From assembly GCA_951812955.1 (NCBI GenBank), contig OX638340.1, forward strand, positions 3,328,001 to 3,392,000: a DNA stretch of 64,000 nucleotides, written 5' to 3'. Shown piece after piece: positions 9,066 to 17,986 of this stretch (positions are counted from its first letter, which is position 1; each line of letters begins with the position of its first letter). Made by a program: the position numbers and the translations under genes. The DNA is from an uncultured Gemmatimonadota bacterium (GTDB taxonomy: Bacteria > JAAXHH01). The notes beneath the pieces were generated by a model that was not told the DNA's origin, made no database searches, and saw only the letters and a list, made by a program, of their open reading frames with translations.

Positions 9066-9746
9066 TCAGTCGCCCCACAGTTCTTCCAGGCGTCGGTCCC
9101 GGCCGCAATTGTACCGGTAGAACTTGTACCGAAGCGGATTCTTGATGTAGTAATCCTGGTGGTATTCTTCGGCCCGGTAGAATCTCGAAGCCGGCGTGAT
9201 TTCGGTCACCACGCGATCGAAACGTCCGGAATCGACGATTTTCCGCTTGGAAGCCTCGGCCAGCGCTTTCTGTTCGGCGTTGTGGTAGAAAACACCCGCG
9301 CGGTACTGGCTGCCCTTGTCGCAGAACTGGCGGTCGTCCACCGTGGGATCTATGTTTACCCAGAATACGTCCAGCAGTTCCTGGTAGGTGATTTTCGACG
9401 GGTCGTAACGGATTTCCATGGCTTCCGTGTGTCCCGTACTGCCGGTGGATACCTCGCCGTAAGTGGGATTGCGCCGAGTTCCGCCGATGTATCCCGCTAT
9501 CGTGGAAATGACGCCGTCCAGTTCATCATAGGGCGGTTCCATGCACCAGAAGCACCCGCCCGCGAAGGTCGCCAGCGCAAACTCGCTGGTCTGCCCGGAC
9601 TGCCCGGATTGCCCGGACTGCCCGGTCTGCATGATCTCGCCGGATCGAGGAGCCGGTTCGCCCCCTGGCCTGGCCACGGTGTACACGGTAAACGCGAACA
9701 GTCCCGCTATGAGCGCGACCGGCAGGGTGTATTTTGAACGAAACAT
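9066..9746 (-). CDS. msrA: Peptide methionine sulfoxide reductase MsrA (secreted/periplasmic, with a low-complexity QSG-repeat linker)
   Basis: GCFWCME catalytic motif, plus HTEAMEI and YHQDYY. N-terminal signal/anchor helix followed by a QTGQSGQSGQSGQT linker. Confidence 0.9.
   Translation of the reverse strand: MFRSKYTLPVALIAGLFAFTVYTVARPGGEPAPRSGEIMQTGQSGQSGQSGQTSEFALATFAGGCFWCMEPPYDELDGVISTIAGYIGGTRRNPTYGEVSTGSTGHTEAMEIRYDPSKITYQELLDVFWVNIDPTVDDRQFCDKGSQYRAGVFYHNAEQKALAEASKRKIVDSGRFDRVVTEITPASRFYRAEEYHQDYYIKNPLRYKFYRYNCGRDRRLEELWGD
9591..9630. repeat. 9-bp tandem repeat (ctgcccgga x4) inside msrA, encoding the (QSG)n linker
   Basis: Read directly: ctgcccgga ctgcccgga ttgcccgga ctgcccggt. 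Confidence 0.8.
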
Positions 9747-9798
9747 GGGGGTCTCCTTTCTCGATGGACGGCCCGCCCCTCCTGCTCGGGGAGCGGTT

Positions 9799-12700
9799 CT
9801 ATCCGAACAGACTCAGCTGATTCGACGGCTTCGATTTAGCCCTTCTCCGCCGGCGCCGGTCCGGTCCTTGCGGCCGGTCGTACTGCTTCAACTGTTCTTC
9901 TATGTCGGTCAGGTAGGGCGACGGCCGGGTCGAACGCATCTCGCCGAAGAGCATGCGCTTGCTGGATCGTACCATGTAAAGCCGTTCCCTTGCACGGGTC
10001 ATGGCTACGTAAAACAGGCGGCGTTCCTCTTCCACGTCCGACGCCTCTCCGCCGTGTTGCAGGGGCACCAGGCCGTCTTCACAGCCCACGACGAAAACGA
10101 CAGGGAATTCCAGCCCCTTGGACGCGTGTAGTGTCATGAGATGCACATGTTCCGCCGCTTCGCCGTAAGCGTCGTATTCCTGGCTGAGCAGCAGCTTGTC
10201 GAGCAGGACCGGCAAATCCGTTTCGATTCGGGCGTACCGGGTCAATTCGCGCAGGCTTTCGTCCGCCTTGGGATAGCGCCACTTCAACTTGTCCCAGATG
10301 GAGGTGTGCGCCAGGTTTTGCAAAATGTGGACCGCCGTCCGATTCTCCAGGTCTGTATTGATCGTCTTCAGGTCGCTCATCAGGGCTTCGACGCCATTCC
10401 TGGATCGCTTCATGAGCAAGCGCGGGTGATCCATCAGTTCCCGTACGTGGTCGATCGTGACCTGCGTGCGCTGCTTCCACCGGTCTTCGATGAGTTCCAC
10501 TGTCCGGTCTCCCAGCCCGTCAATCGTCGACGACAGGCACCGCAGCGCCGAACCGGTGGTGACGGTCCGTCCGTCACCCAGTTGAAGCAGGGTCACCATC
10601 TCCTGCACCCCCGGCCTGTTGATGAGGGAAGTGTCCCCTGCGACCTGGTAGGGTATACCGCTGCGTTCGAAAGCTTCCACCAGGACGGACTGCTGGCTGT
10701 TCATCCGGTACAGCACGGCGAAGTCTCCGAAGGATCGTTCCTTGCCGGAATCCACTCCACCATCCAGCCGCCCCGAATCCTGGGAGAAATGGCTGGTTCC
10801 ACCCACCGCGCGTTCGATCTGGTGCACGACGTATTCGGCTTCGGCCCGGTCCGACGGGGTTTCCCGAATGACCAGGCCTCCCTGTATGTAGAGCGCGGCG
10901 ACCAGCGGCGGCGCCGATGCAGCGCCGGAAGCACGCATGACCTGGGACGAAGCGTCGAGCAGGTCGGCCGCGGAACGGTAGTTCTCCCGCAGGTACTGTA
11001 CCTTCGCACCTGGGAAATCGTCCACGAAGGAGTGAAAGTAACGGGTGTCCGCTCCGCGAAAGCCATAAATGGCCTGGTTGGGATCGCCGATGGCGGTTAT
11101 CCGGGCGCCGCCTTCCACCAGGATCTTCAGCAGGACGTGCTGGGCCGGATTGATGTCCTGGTACTCGTCCACGAAAACGAAATGGAACCGCTCGTGAACG
11201 CTCTGCCTGAACCGCTCGTCCGACCTCAGGAGCTTGGCGGTTTCCAGGATAACGTCGTCGAAATCCAGGAGCCCATGCCGCCGCAGGAGTCGGGTATAGG
11301 CCGAAACCGCTTCCGGGATTTCACCGCCGCGGCCCGACGCCTTCCATCGGGCGACCTCCTCCAGCCTCCTCCTCCGTTGCGCGGTGCTGTCCTGTGGCCA
11401 CTGCGCGCGTGCCAGCCGCTCCTGGTCGTCGGGCGTCGCCACGCTCAGGCTGAACGGGATGCTCGCATGGCGGGACCACTGGCGCATCAGGGCGAGACAG
11501 ATCCCGTGGAACGTACCGACCATGACATCCTGCGACCGGCCGTCGAGCAGCTCCTCCAATCGCGACTTCAGCTCACCGGCGGCCTTGTTGGTAAAGGTCA
11601 CGGCCAGCATATGGCCGGGCATGGTTTCATGACGCGCAAGGTAGGCCATGCGGTGGGTCAGGGTGTGGGTCTTTCCGGTGCCGGGTCCCGCCACGATCAG
11701 CAGATGCCCCTCGCGGTGTATTACGGCCTTCTGTTGATCTTCACTGAGGGGACCGTTCATCAGCGCTTCGTCGACCGGTGTCTCAAGCATTTCGAGCACG
11801 GTCACGGAAGGTTCCGAAGGCGCGGGTCCATGAGGGTCCGGCGAAGTATCCGCGACATCGGGTCCCGCGGACGCCGCCACACCCGGCCCTGTGGACGCCG
11901 CTATCTCAGGCCCCGTGGGTTCCGCCGTCTCCGGTACGGCTGGCAGTGGATCCGTTTCTTCGAACATCCCGTTGGTGTCCCCCGGAATCTCTTCCTCTGT
12001 CTCCGGACTGTCGTCCGACGCGGGATCCTTTCGCAACGGCTTCTTCACCTTCGCCGGAAATTCCTCCAGCAGGGCGATCTGCGTATCGCCGCCGAGGCGG
12101 TCTTCCGGGTTGAACAACTTGATCACCCCGTAATCTCCATCATACCCCGGGAGTATATCCACCTCTCCGACACGCATGCGGCGTATGCCCTCGGCGATCA
12201 GGGAACCGCCGACCTGCGCGATGTCGTCTTCCGGGATATCGAGGAGTATGTCGAGTTCGCTGCCGAGACGCGAGACCATGGCCTGGAAAATCGTATCCAC
12301 AGTTTTGGTTCCGGGCCCGACCTGTTTGGCCTCTCCGATGATCTCGGGCAGGGGTATCACACTGTAGAAGTGGCGCGCGCGGGGGGACTTTTCCCCCTCT
12401 TCGCGGTCCGAGAGTTCCTCCACGCGGGCCATGACCCCCACGGTCACAGTCTTGCCGCAATCCGGACACAGGCCCCCGGCGGCGATCGTTTCCCCGGGGT
12501 GCATCCTTCTCCCGCACTTCCTGTGCCCGTCATAGTGGTACTTGCCCTCTTCGGGATAGAACTCCACCGTCCCGGTCAGCCCTTCGTCTTCCGGATCGGA
12601 AAGGGCGCTGTAGATCGCGGGATAGCTGCAGGAAGTGTCGAACAGGGTGGTTTCCCGGCCGAGCTTTCCGGGAGAATGGGCATCGGAGTTGGAGACCAGC

Positions 12701-13350
12701 ACGTAGTCGTCGAGCTGTTGCAGCCGCCAGTTCATGAGCGGGTCGGACGAAAGGCCGGTTTCGACGGCGAAGATATGCTCCGTGAGGTCGCCGTAACAGT
12801 CCGATATGAGGTCGAAACCTCCCCTGGACCCCAGGGCCGAGAACCAGGGCGTCCAGATGTGGGCGGGGATGAGGCTGGCCATCGGGTCTGATTCGAGGGT
12901 GATCTCCAGCAGATCCCGGGAGTCCAGACCCAGGATGGGCCTGCCGTCCGACCGGATATTGCCGATGGCCCCCAACCGGGCCTGGATGGATTTGGCGGCC
13001 TCGAATCCGGGGGCAAGAATGATGTTATGAACTTTGCGCACGCGGCCGAGCCGTTTGTAGATGTTGGAGATCTCGACCGTCAGCATGAAACGCACCGGCG
13101 CCCGGCAGGCGGCCGGTACCTGATCCTGCATCACCCTTTCGTGCTCGGGTTTCAGGCGGAACAAACCCTCTTCGGCCGGCTGCAGTTTCTCTTCCAGCTC
13201 ATCCATCCATCCCGGATGAACGAAATCCCCGGTACCCACCACCCGGATACCCTTCAACTGGGCCCACTTGTAGAGGTGCTCCAGGTTCAGGTTCTTGCTG
13301 GTCGCCCTCGAGTAATGGGAGTGGAGATGCAGATCGGCGTGGAAGGGCAA
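9799..13350 (-). CDS. Fusion protein: N-terminal PHP-domain nuclease (Endonuclease Q / TIGR00375-like) + zinc ribbon + disordered linker + C-terminal UvrD/PcrA-like SF1 DNA helicase
   Basis: N-terminus MPFHADLHLHSHYSRATS...VVGTGDFVHPGW...NSDAHSPGKLGRE (PHP His/Asp metal-binding motifs), then CGRRMHPGE...CPDCGK (zinc ribbon). A Pro/Ala/Thr/Gly/Glu-rich linker with TGPEIAAS/TGPGVAAS repeats follows. The helicase part starts at LSEDQQKAV with Walker A GPGTGKT, then TFTNKAA (motif Ia), DEYQD (Walker B/motif II), YRS and VAMTRARERL (motif VI). 1183 codons with no internal stop; probable TTG start. Confidence 0.8.
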   Translation of the reverse strand: MPFHADLHLHSHYSRATSKNLNLEHLYKWAQLKGIRVVGTGDFVHPGWMDELEEKLQPAEEGLFRLKPEHERVMQDQVPAACRAPVRFMLTVEISNIYKRLGRVRKVHNIILAPGFEAAKSIQARLGAIGNIRSDGRPILGLDSRDLLEITLESDPMASLIPAHIWTPWFSALGSRGGFDLISDCYGDLTEHIFAVETGLSSDPLMNWRLQQLDDYVLVSNSDAHSPGKLGRETTLFDTSCSYPAIYSALSDPEDEGLTGTVEFYPEEGKYHYDGHRKCGRRMHPGETIAAGGLCPDCGKTVTVGVMARVEELSDREEGEKSPRARHFYSVIPLPEIIGEAKQVGPGTKTVDTIFQAMVSRLGSELDILLDIPEDDIAQVGGSLIAEGIRRMRVGEVDILPGYDGDYGVIKLFNPEDRLGGDTQIALLEEFPAKVKKPLRKDPASDDSPETEEEIPGDTNGMFEETDPLPAVPETAEPTGPEIAASTGPGVAASAGPDVADTSPDPHGPAPSEPSVTVLEMLETPVDEALMNGPLSEDQQKAVIHREGHLLIVAGPGTGKTHTLTHRMAYLARHETMPGHMLAVTFTNKAAGELKSRLEELLDGRSQDVMVGTFHGICLALMRQWSRHASIPFSLSVATPDDQERLARAQWPQDSTAQRRRRLEEVARWKASGRGGEIPEAVSAYTRLLRRHGLLDFDDVILETAKLLRSDERFRQSVHERFHFVFVDEYQDINPAQHVLLKILVEGGARITAIGDPNQAIYGFRGADTRYFHSFVDDFPGAKVQYLRENYRSAADLLDASSQVMRASGAASAPPLVAALYIQGGLVIRETPSDRAEAEYVVHQIERAVGGTSHFSQDSGRLDGGVDSGKERSFGDFAVLYRMNSQQSVLVEAFERSGIPYQVAGDTSLINRPGVQEMVTLLQLGDGRTVTTGSALRCLSSTIDGLGDRTVELIEDRWKQRTQVTIDHVRELMDHPRLLMKRSRNGVEALMSDLKTINTDLENRTAVHILQNLAHTSIWDKLKWRYPKADESLRELTRYARIETDLPVLLDKLLLSQEYDAYGEAAEHVHLMTLHASKGLEFPVVFVVGCEDGLVPLQHGGEASDVEEERRLFYVAMTRARERLYMVRSSKRMLFGEMRSTRPSPYLTDIEEQLKQYDRPQGPDRRRRRRAKSKPSNQLSLFG

Positions 13351-13496
13351 GGAGGCCCCCTATTCGTTGACCCATCGCGGATTCCGTCCCTCGGAAGCAC
13401 CTCGTTCCAGGTCCTTCCGGCGTGCTAAGCACCTGTTGGAAAGATGGGGGAATTCACGGGTACGGGCAAGGAGTTTGTAAGGCTCGGGACATGCAG

Positions 13497-16400
13497 TCAG
13501 GAAGCCGGAGTCTCGACCGCCTCGGCGGATTCCAGCACCTGTCCTCTCAGCCTGTTCCGGGCGCGGGCCACGAAGGCGAGGCCGTCCTCGAGGATGTAGT
13601 AACAGATGGGTACGAGAATCAGCGTGATGGCCGTGGCGAAGAGCACCCCGAATCCCAGGGAGATGGCCATCGGTATGAGGAACTGCGCCTGGAGGCTTTT
13701 CTCCAGCAGGATGGGCGTGAGTCCCGCGAAGGTCGTGAGCGAGGTAAGCAGTACGGGCCGGAATCGGGCTACGCCCGCGTTGCGGATGATCTCGTGCAGA
13801 TCCGCGCCCTCGCCTGCCCGTTCGCGCCCGCGGTTGATGAAGTCCACCAGCACCAGGCTGTCGTTCACCACGACGCCCGACAGCGCGACGATGCCGAACA
13901 GGGAAAGCAGCGAAATGGCGAATCCCATGATCAGGTGCCCCATTACGGCCCCCACGATGCCGAAGGGAATGACGCTCATGATGATCATGGGCTGCACGTA
14001 GGACTTGAACGGGATGGCCAGCAGTCCGTAGATCACGAGCAGTGCGACCAGGAAGCCGAAACTCAGGCTTTCGATGGACTCCTGCTGATTGCGCTGCTGT
14101 CCTTCGAGCGTGTAGGTCAGGTTGGGGTATTTCGCCATCAGTGAGGGCAGGTATGAAGAGGTGAGATCGGTCAGTATATCATTGGAGCTCGCGACGGCGT
14201 CGTCCACATCGGCGGTGATGGTGACGACGCGCTTCCGGTCCGTTCGCCGTATATTGGAATAGCCTCTGCCCATCTCTGCACGGGCGGCGAGCGAGAAGGG
14301 CACTTCGATTCCCGCCGGCGTACGGATCCGCATGTTCTCCATGTCCCCCAGGGACCGTCTGTCCGATTCGGGATAGCGCACCATGACGCGGACGTCGTCC
14401 CGGCCCCGTTGGATCCTTTGCGCTTCCTCGCCATAAAAGGCCTGCCGGACCTGCCGGGACAGACCCGCCATGGTGATGCCGAGGGCCTCGCCTTCGGGCG
14501 TGACGTGCAGTCTGATTTCCTGCTTGCCGGGCCGGAAATCGTCGGCGACGTCCATGACGCCGTCGTAATTGGCCACCGTCCGCTTCAACTCGGCGGTCGC
14601 CTGCTGCAGGTCATCCGGATTGGGGCTGGACAGCTCGATGTTGATCGCCTCGCCCGCGTTAAATAGCGAGGAGGTGAAAGAGAGTTCCACCACATCGGGA
14701 ATCGGTCCGATCAGTTCCCGCCAGTGGTTCACGATTTCTTCGCCGCTTATATTTCTGGTCTCTGATGGCGACAGGCCCAATACGACTTCCCCGATGTGGG
14801 ACGACGTAGCGGAGCCGGTGAGACTTCCGGCGTTCTGTTGCGCCCGGGCGGCATTCGGTTGTTCGCCGATGGCCGCCATGATGTTTCGTATCACGTGCGT
14901 ATCGCCCCCGGCATCGTCGCCGGGCATCTCGCCGCCAAGTTGTTTCTGCAGTTGAACGGCGCTGTCCTCGATCAGCGAAATGTACCGGTCGGTGACTACC
15001 ACGGGGGTCCCCTCGGCCAGGGTGAGGTGCGCCGATACGAACTCGTTCTCTACTGGGGGGAAAAACACGAAACGGAGGATGCCGCCGGCCACGAGTCCGA
15101 TGGTCAGGATGATCGCTCCCACCCCGATGGAAAGCGTGACGTACCGCCAGGCGAGCGCGTTCTTCAACAGGGGAACATATACGCCTTCCACGAAGCGCCG
15201 GAGCAGGCGGGACACGTTGTCCTGGAGTTCATGAAGCCACTTGTCGGCGTAGAAAAGCGTAAGGTAAAAGGGCCTGACCAGGACGAAAACATGGGGCAGC
15301 GGACTTTCCTTGCGCTCCGGCTGTCCGTGGCGGAGGTGAGTCGGCAGAATGAGCAGCGATTCGACCAGGGAAAAGAGCAGCATGAGGATGATTACGATGG
15401 GGAAAACCTCGAAGAACTTCCCCATGAGCCCATCTACGAAAAACATGGGCGAGAAGGCGACGATGGTCGTCAGGATCGCGAAGGTAATGGGCTTCGCGAT
15501 TTCCTGCACACCCATCCGTGCGGCCGTGCCCGGCTCCACACCCCTTTCCTGGTGCGCGTAGATGTTCTCCCCCGCTATGATGGCGTCGTCCACCACGATA
15601 CCCAGCACCATGATGAAGGCGAAAAGCGAAAGCATGTTGATTGAAGCGCCCAGCAGCGGCATCATCCAGAAGGTGCCCAGGAAGCAGATGACGATACCCA
15701 TGGCTACCCAGAACGCCAGCCGTATGCGCAGGAACAGCGCCAGGCAGAGAAAGACGAGCAGAAAGCCCAACTGGCCGTTGTTGACCATCAGATCGAGCCG
15801 GCTTTCGAGGAGACGGGACTGGTCCTGCCAGGAGATCAGCTCGATGCCGTCGGGCAGTTCCGACTGCTTCGCGGCCACGTAGCTGTGCACGGCGCCGGAG
15901 ACGTCCAGGATGTTCTCGTTGCCTACGCGGAATACCTTCACCAGGGCGGCCGGTTTACCGTCGAAACGGGAGAACACGTCCGTTTCGGCGAAGCCATCGA
16001 CGACCCGGGCCACGTGGCTGAGCAGGAGGCGGGTGCCGTCGGACCGGGACCGGAGCACGATCCGGTCGAACTCGGATCCGACCAGGGCCTGCCCCTTCGA
16101 CCGAAGCAGGATCTCGCCGCCGGGTGTCTTCACCGACCCTCCCGGCAGGTCGAGCGAGGAACTGCGCACGGCGCTGACGACTTCGGAGAACGTCAATCCA
16201 TAACGGCGAAGCGCGGCTTCCGACACCTCTATGGATATTTCGTACGGTCGTACGCTCGCAAGCTGCACCTGGCTGATTTCCGGCAGGTCCAGCAGGTCTT
16301 CCCGGATATCTTCGGCGAGCCGTTTCATGGAGGACTCGTCCAGGTTCCCGGCCACGGCGACGTCGATGACCTGGCGCCTGAAGATGATCTCCTGGATCAC

Positions 16401-16778
16401 CGGTTTTTCGGTTTCCTCGGGAAAAGTGTCGATGGCATCCACGCGGGACTTCAGGTCATGGAGCAGGGTGCGGGCGTCGGCGCCGGGGTCCACTTCGACC
16501 TGGATCCTGCCGACCCCTTCCGACGCGGTGGAGCTCAGTTTCTTGATGCCGTCCAGGTCCTGGATGGCTTCTTCCACCCGGACACAGACCGCTTCTTCCA
16601 CTTCGGCCGGCGCCGCGCCCAGGTACGGGACCGTGATGATGACGATATCGGTCTCGAACTCAGGGAAGATCTCGACCTTGATCCTGGAGATCATCAGCAG
16701 GCCGCCCACGATGATCGTCATCATGAGCAGGTTGGCCGCCACGTTGTTCCGGGCGAACCAGGCGAGCACGTAGTTCAT
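13497..16778 (-). CDS. RND efflux transporter, inner-membrane pump (AcrB/HAE1 family)
   Basis: 1093 aa, 12-TM architecture with two large periplasmic loops. Starts with the conserved N-terminal helix IFPEFETDIVIITVPYLGAAPAEVE. Confidence 0.9.
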   Translation of the reverse strand: MNYVLAWFARNNVAANLLMMTIIVGGLLMISRIKVEIFPEFETDIVIITVPYLGAAPAEVEEAVCVRVEEAIQDLDGIKKLSSTASEGVGRIQVEVDPGADARTLLHDLKSRVDAIDTFPEETEKPVIQEIIFRRQVIDVAVAGNLDESSMKRLAEDIREDLLDLPEISQVQLASVRPYEISIEVSEAALRRYGLTFSEVVSAVRSSSLDLPGGSVKTPGGEILLRSKGQALVGSEFDRIVLRSRSDGTRLLLSHVARVVDGFAETDVFSRFDGKPAALVKVFRVGNENILDVSGAVHSYVAAKQSELPDGIELISWQDQSRLLESRLDLMVNNGQLGFLLVFLCLALFLRIRLAFWVAMGIVICFLGTFWMMPLLGASINMLSLFAFIMVLGIVVDDAIIAGENIYAHQERGVEPGTAARMGVQEIAKPITFAILTTIVAFSPMFFVDGLMGKFFEVFPIVIILMLLFSLVESLLILPTHLRHGQPERKESPLPHVFVLVRPFYLTLFYADKWLHELQDNVSRLLRRFVEGVYVPLLKNALAWRYVTLSIGVGAIILTIGLVAGGILRFVFFPPVENEFVSAHLTLAEGTPVVVTDRYISLIEDSAVQLQKQLGGEMPGDDAGGDTHVIRNIMAAIGEQPNAARAQQNAGSLTGSATSSHIGEVVLGLSPSETRNISGEEIVNHWRELIGPIPDVVELSFTSSLFNAGEAINIELSSPNPDDLQQATAELKRTVANYDGVMDVADDFRPGKQEIRLHVTPEGEALGITMAGLSRQVRQAFYGEEAQRIQRGRDDVRVMVRYPESDRRSLGDMENMRIRTPAGIEVPFSLAARAEMGRGYSNIRRTDRKRVVTITADVDDAVASSNDILTDLTSSYLPSLMAKYPNLTYTLEGQQRNQQESIESLSFGFLVALLVIYGLLAIPFKSYVQPMIIMSVIPFGIVGAVMGHLIMGFAISLLSLFGIVALSGVVVNDSLVLVDFINRGRERAGEGADLHEIIRNAGVARFRPVLLTSLTTFAGLTPILLEKSLQAQFLIPMAISLGFGVLFATAITLILVPICYYILEDGLAFVARARNRLRGQVLESAEAVETPAS

Positions 16779-17983
16779 CTGCCTGTACCTTCCTCTTCCT
16801 GTACGACGGCTTCGGCGGATTCCGTTTCAAGTACCCGTACTTCCATACCTTCCACCTGGGTTTCGAGGGCGGACAGGCAGATACGTTCTCCTTCCTGGAT
16901 CCCGCTGCGGATGAGGACCTGGTCGTTAACTATCCGGAGGACGTCGACGTTCCGGAACCTCAGCCGGTTTTCATCATCGATAACGGCCACCCGGTTCTCG
17001 CCATGCATGGCCGTTCGGGGCAAGACCGTCACGTCCGGGTAACTTTTCCCCAGGATCTCGGCCTCGATGAACAGGCCGATCCCCAGGGGCGGCCGGTCCG
17101 GATCCGTCCCGCGGCCGTAGGGGTTCTGGACCCTGGCCACCGCGTAGACCATCCGGCTCAAGGGGTCGATCTCGCCTTCCATGCGGACCACCCTCCCATC
17201 CCACCGGTGTCGCCGGCCCGCGAACTCGGCGCTGATCACGACCGGAGGGCCCTCCGACCTGGCCGTCTCACCGCGGAATTGCATGGGGGTGTCGAAGTAA
17301 GCCAGTTCCTCATCGGGAATAGGCAGCCGTATCTCGGCATAGTCGATCGCGTAGATGGTCGCCAGCGCATCGCCCCGCCGGAGGAACTGGCCCACGTCCA
17401 CGTTCTTCTTTCGCAACCTGCCGGCGTAAGGCGCGCGGATTTCCGTCCGTTCCAGGTTAAGCTTCGCCTGCTCCAGTGCCGCGACGGACGCTTCCAAATT
17501 GGCGCGGGCCTGGGCAAGTTGCGGTTCCCTAAGGACCAGCGGCATAGGCGCACCCGAACCCAGTTGGCGCCACTCGTCCTGCGCCAGGCGGGCTTCCTCC
17601 GCTTCGATCTGCAGCGCGGTGGCAAACCGGGCCGTATCCGCCGCTGCCCGGGTGACCGCCAGTTCCGCGTCGCGCGGGTCGAGTCGCACCAGCAGCTCCT
17701 CACTTTCAAAGAACCCGCCGGGCGCGAAGGACGGCGAAACGTAGACGATCAGACCGTCCGTCTCCGCCGAAAGCGCGCTCTCGGTCCTCGGGATCACGGC
17801 GCCCTGGGACCGCACCGTGAGCCGGACCGTGTCCAGGGTCGCGGTGGTTGTGCGCACAATCGGAGGCGGGACGACCGGCGGCTTGCTTTCCACCACGGGT
17901 CTGCTGCGTACCAGGAATACGAGGACCAGCACCGATCCCGCGACGATGGCGAGCGGCAGGAATGTCTTGACCCATCTGTTCAT
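16775..17983 (-). CDS. RND efflux periplasmic adaptor (membrane fusion protein, HlyD/AcrA family)
   Basis: N-terminal anchor, coiled-coil alpha-hairpin (LQIEAEEARLAQDEWRQ...LEQAKLNLERTEIRAPYAG), lipoyl and beta-barrel regions. 4-bp overlap with the pump gene. Confidence 0.85.
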   Translation of the reverse strand: MNRWVKTFLPLAIVAGSVLVLVFLVRSRPVVESKPPVVPPPIVRTTTATLDTVRLTVRSQGAVIPRTESALSAETDGLIVYVSPSFAPGGFFESEELLVRLDPRDAELAVTRAAADTARFATALQIEAEEARLAQDEWRQLGSGAPMPLVLREPQLAQARANLEASVAALEQAKLNLERTEIRAPYAGRLRKKNVDVGQFLRRGDALATIYAIDYAEIRLPIPDEELAYFDTPMQFRGETARSEGPPVVISAEFAGRRHRWDGRVVRMEGEIDPLSRMVYAVARVQNPYGRGTDPDRPPLGIGLFIEAEILGKSYPDVTVLPRTAMHGENRVAVIDDENRLRFRNVDVLRIVNDQVLIRSGIQEGERICLSALETQVEGMEVRVLETESAEAVVQEEEGTGR

Positions 17984-17986
17984 CCG

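Noticed and set aside
10141-12891. 916-aa ORF on the plus strand antisense to the PHP-UvrD gene
   Set aside because: Its composition is low-complexity Arg/Gly/Pro-rich, typical of antisense frames in about 65% GC DNA. It has no motifs and fully overlaps a well-supported gene on the other strand.
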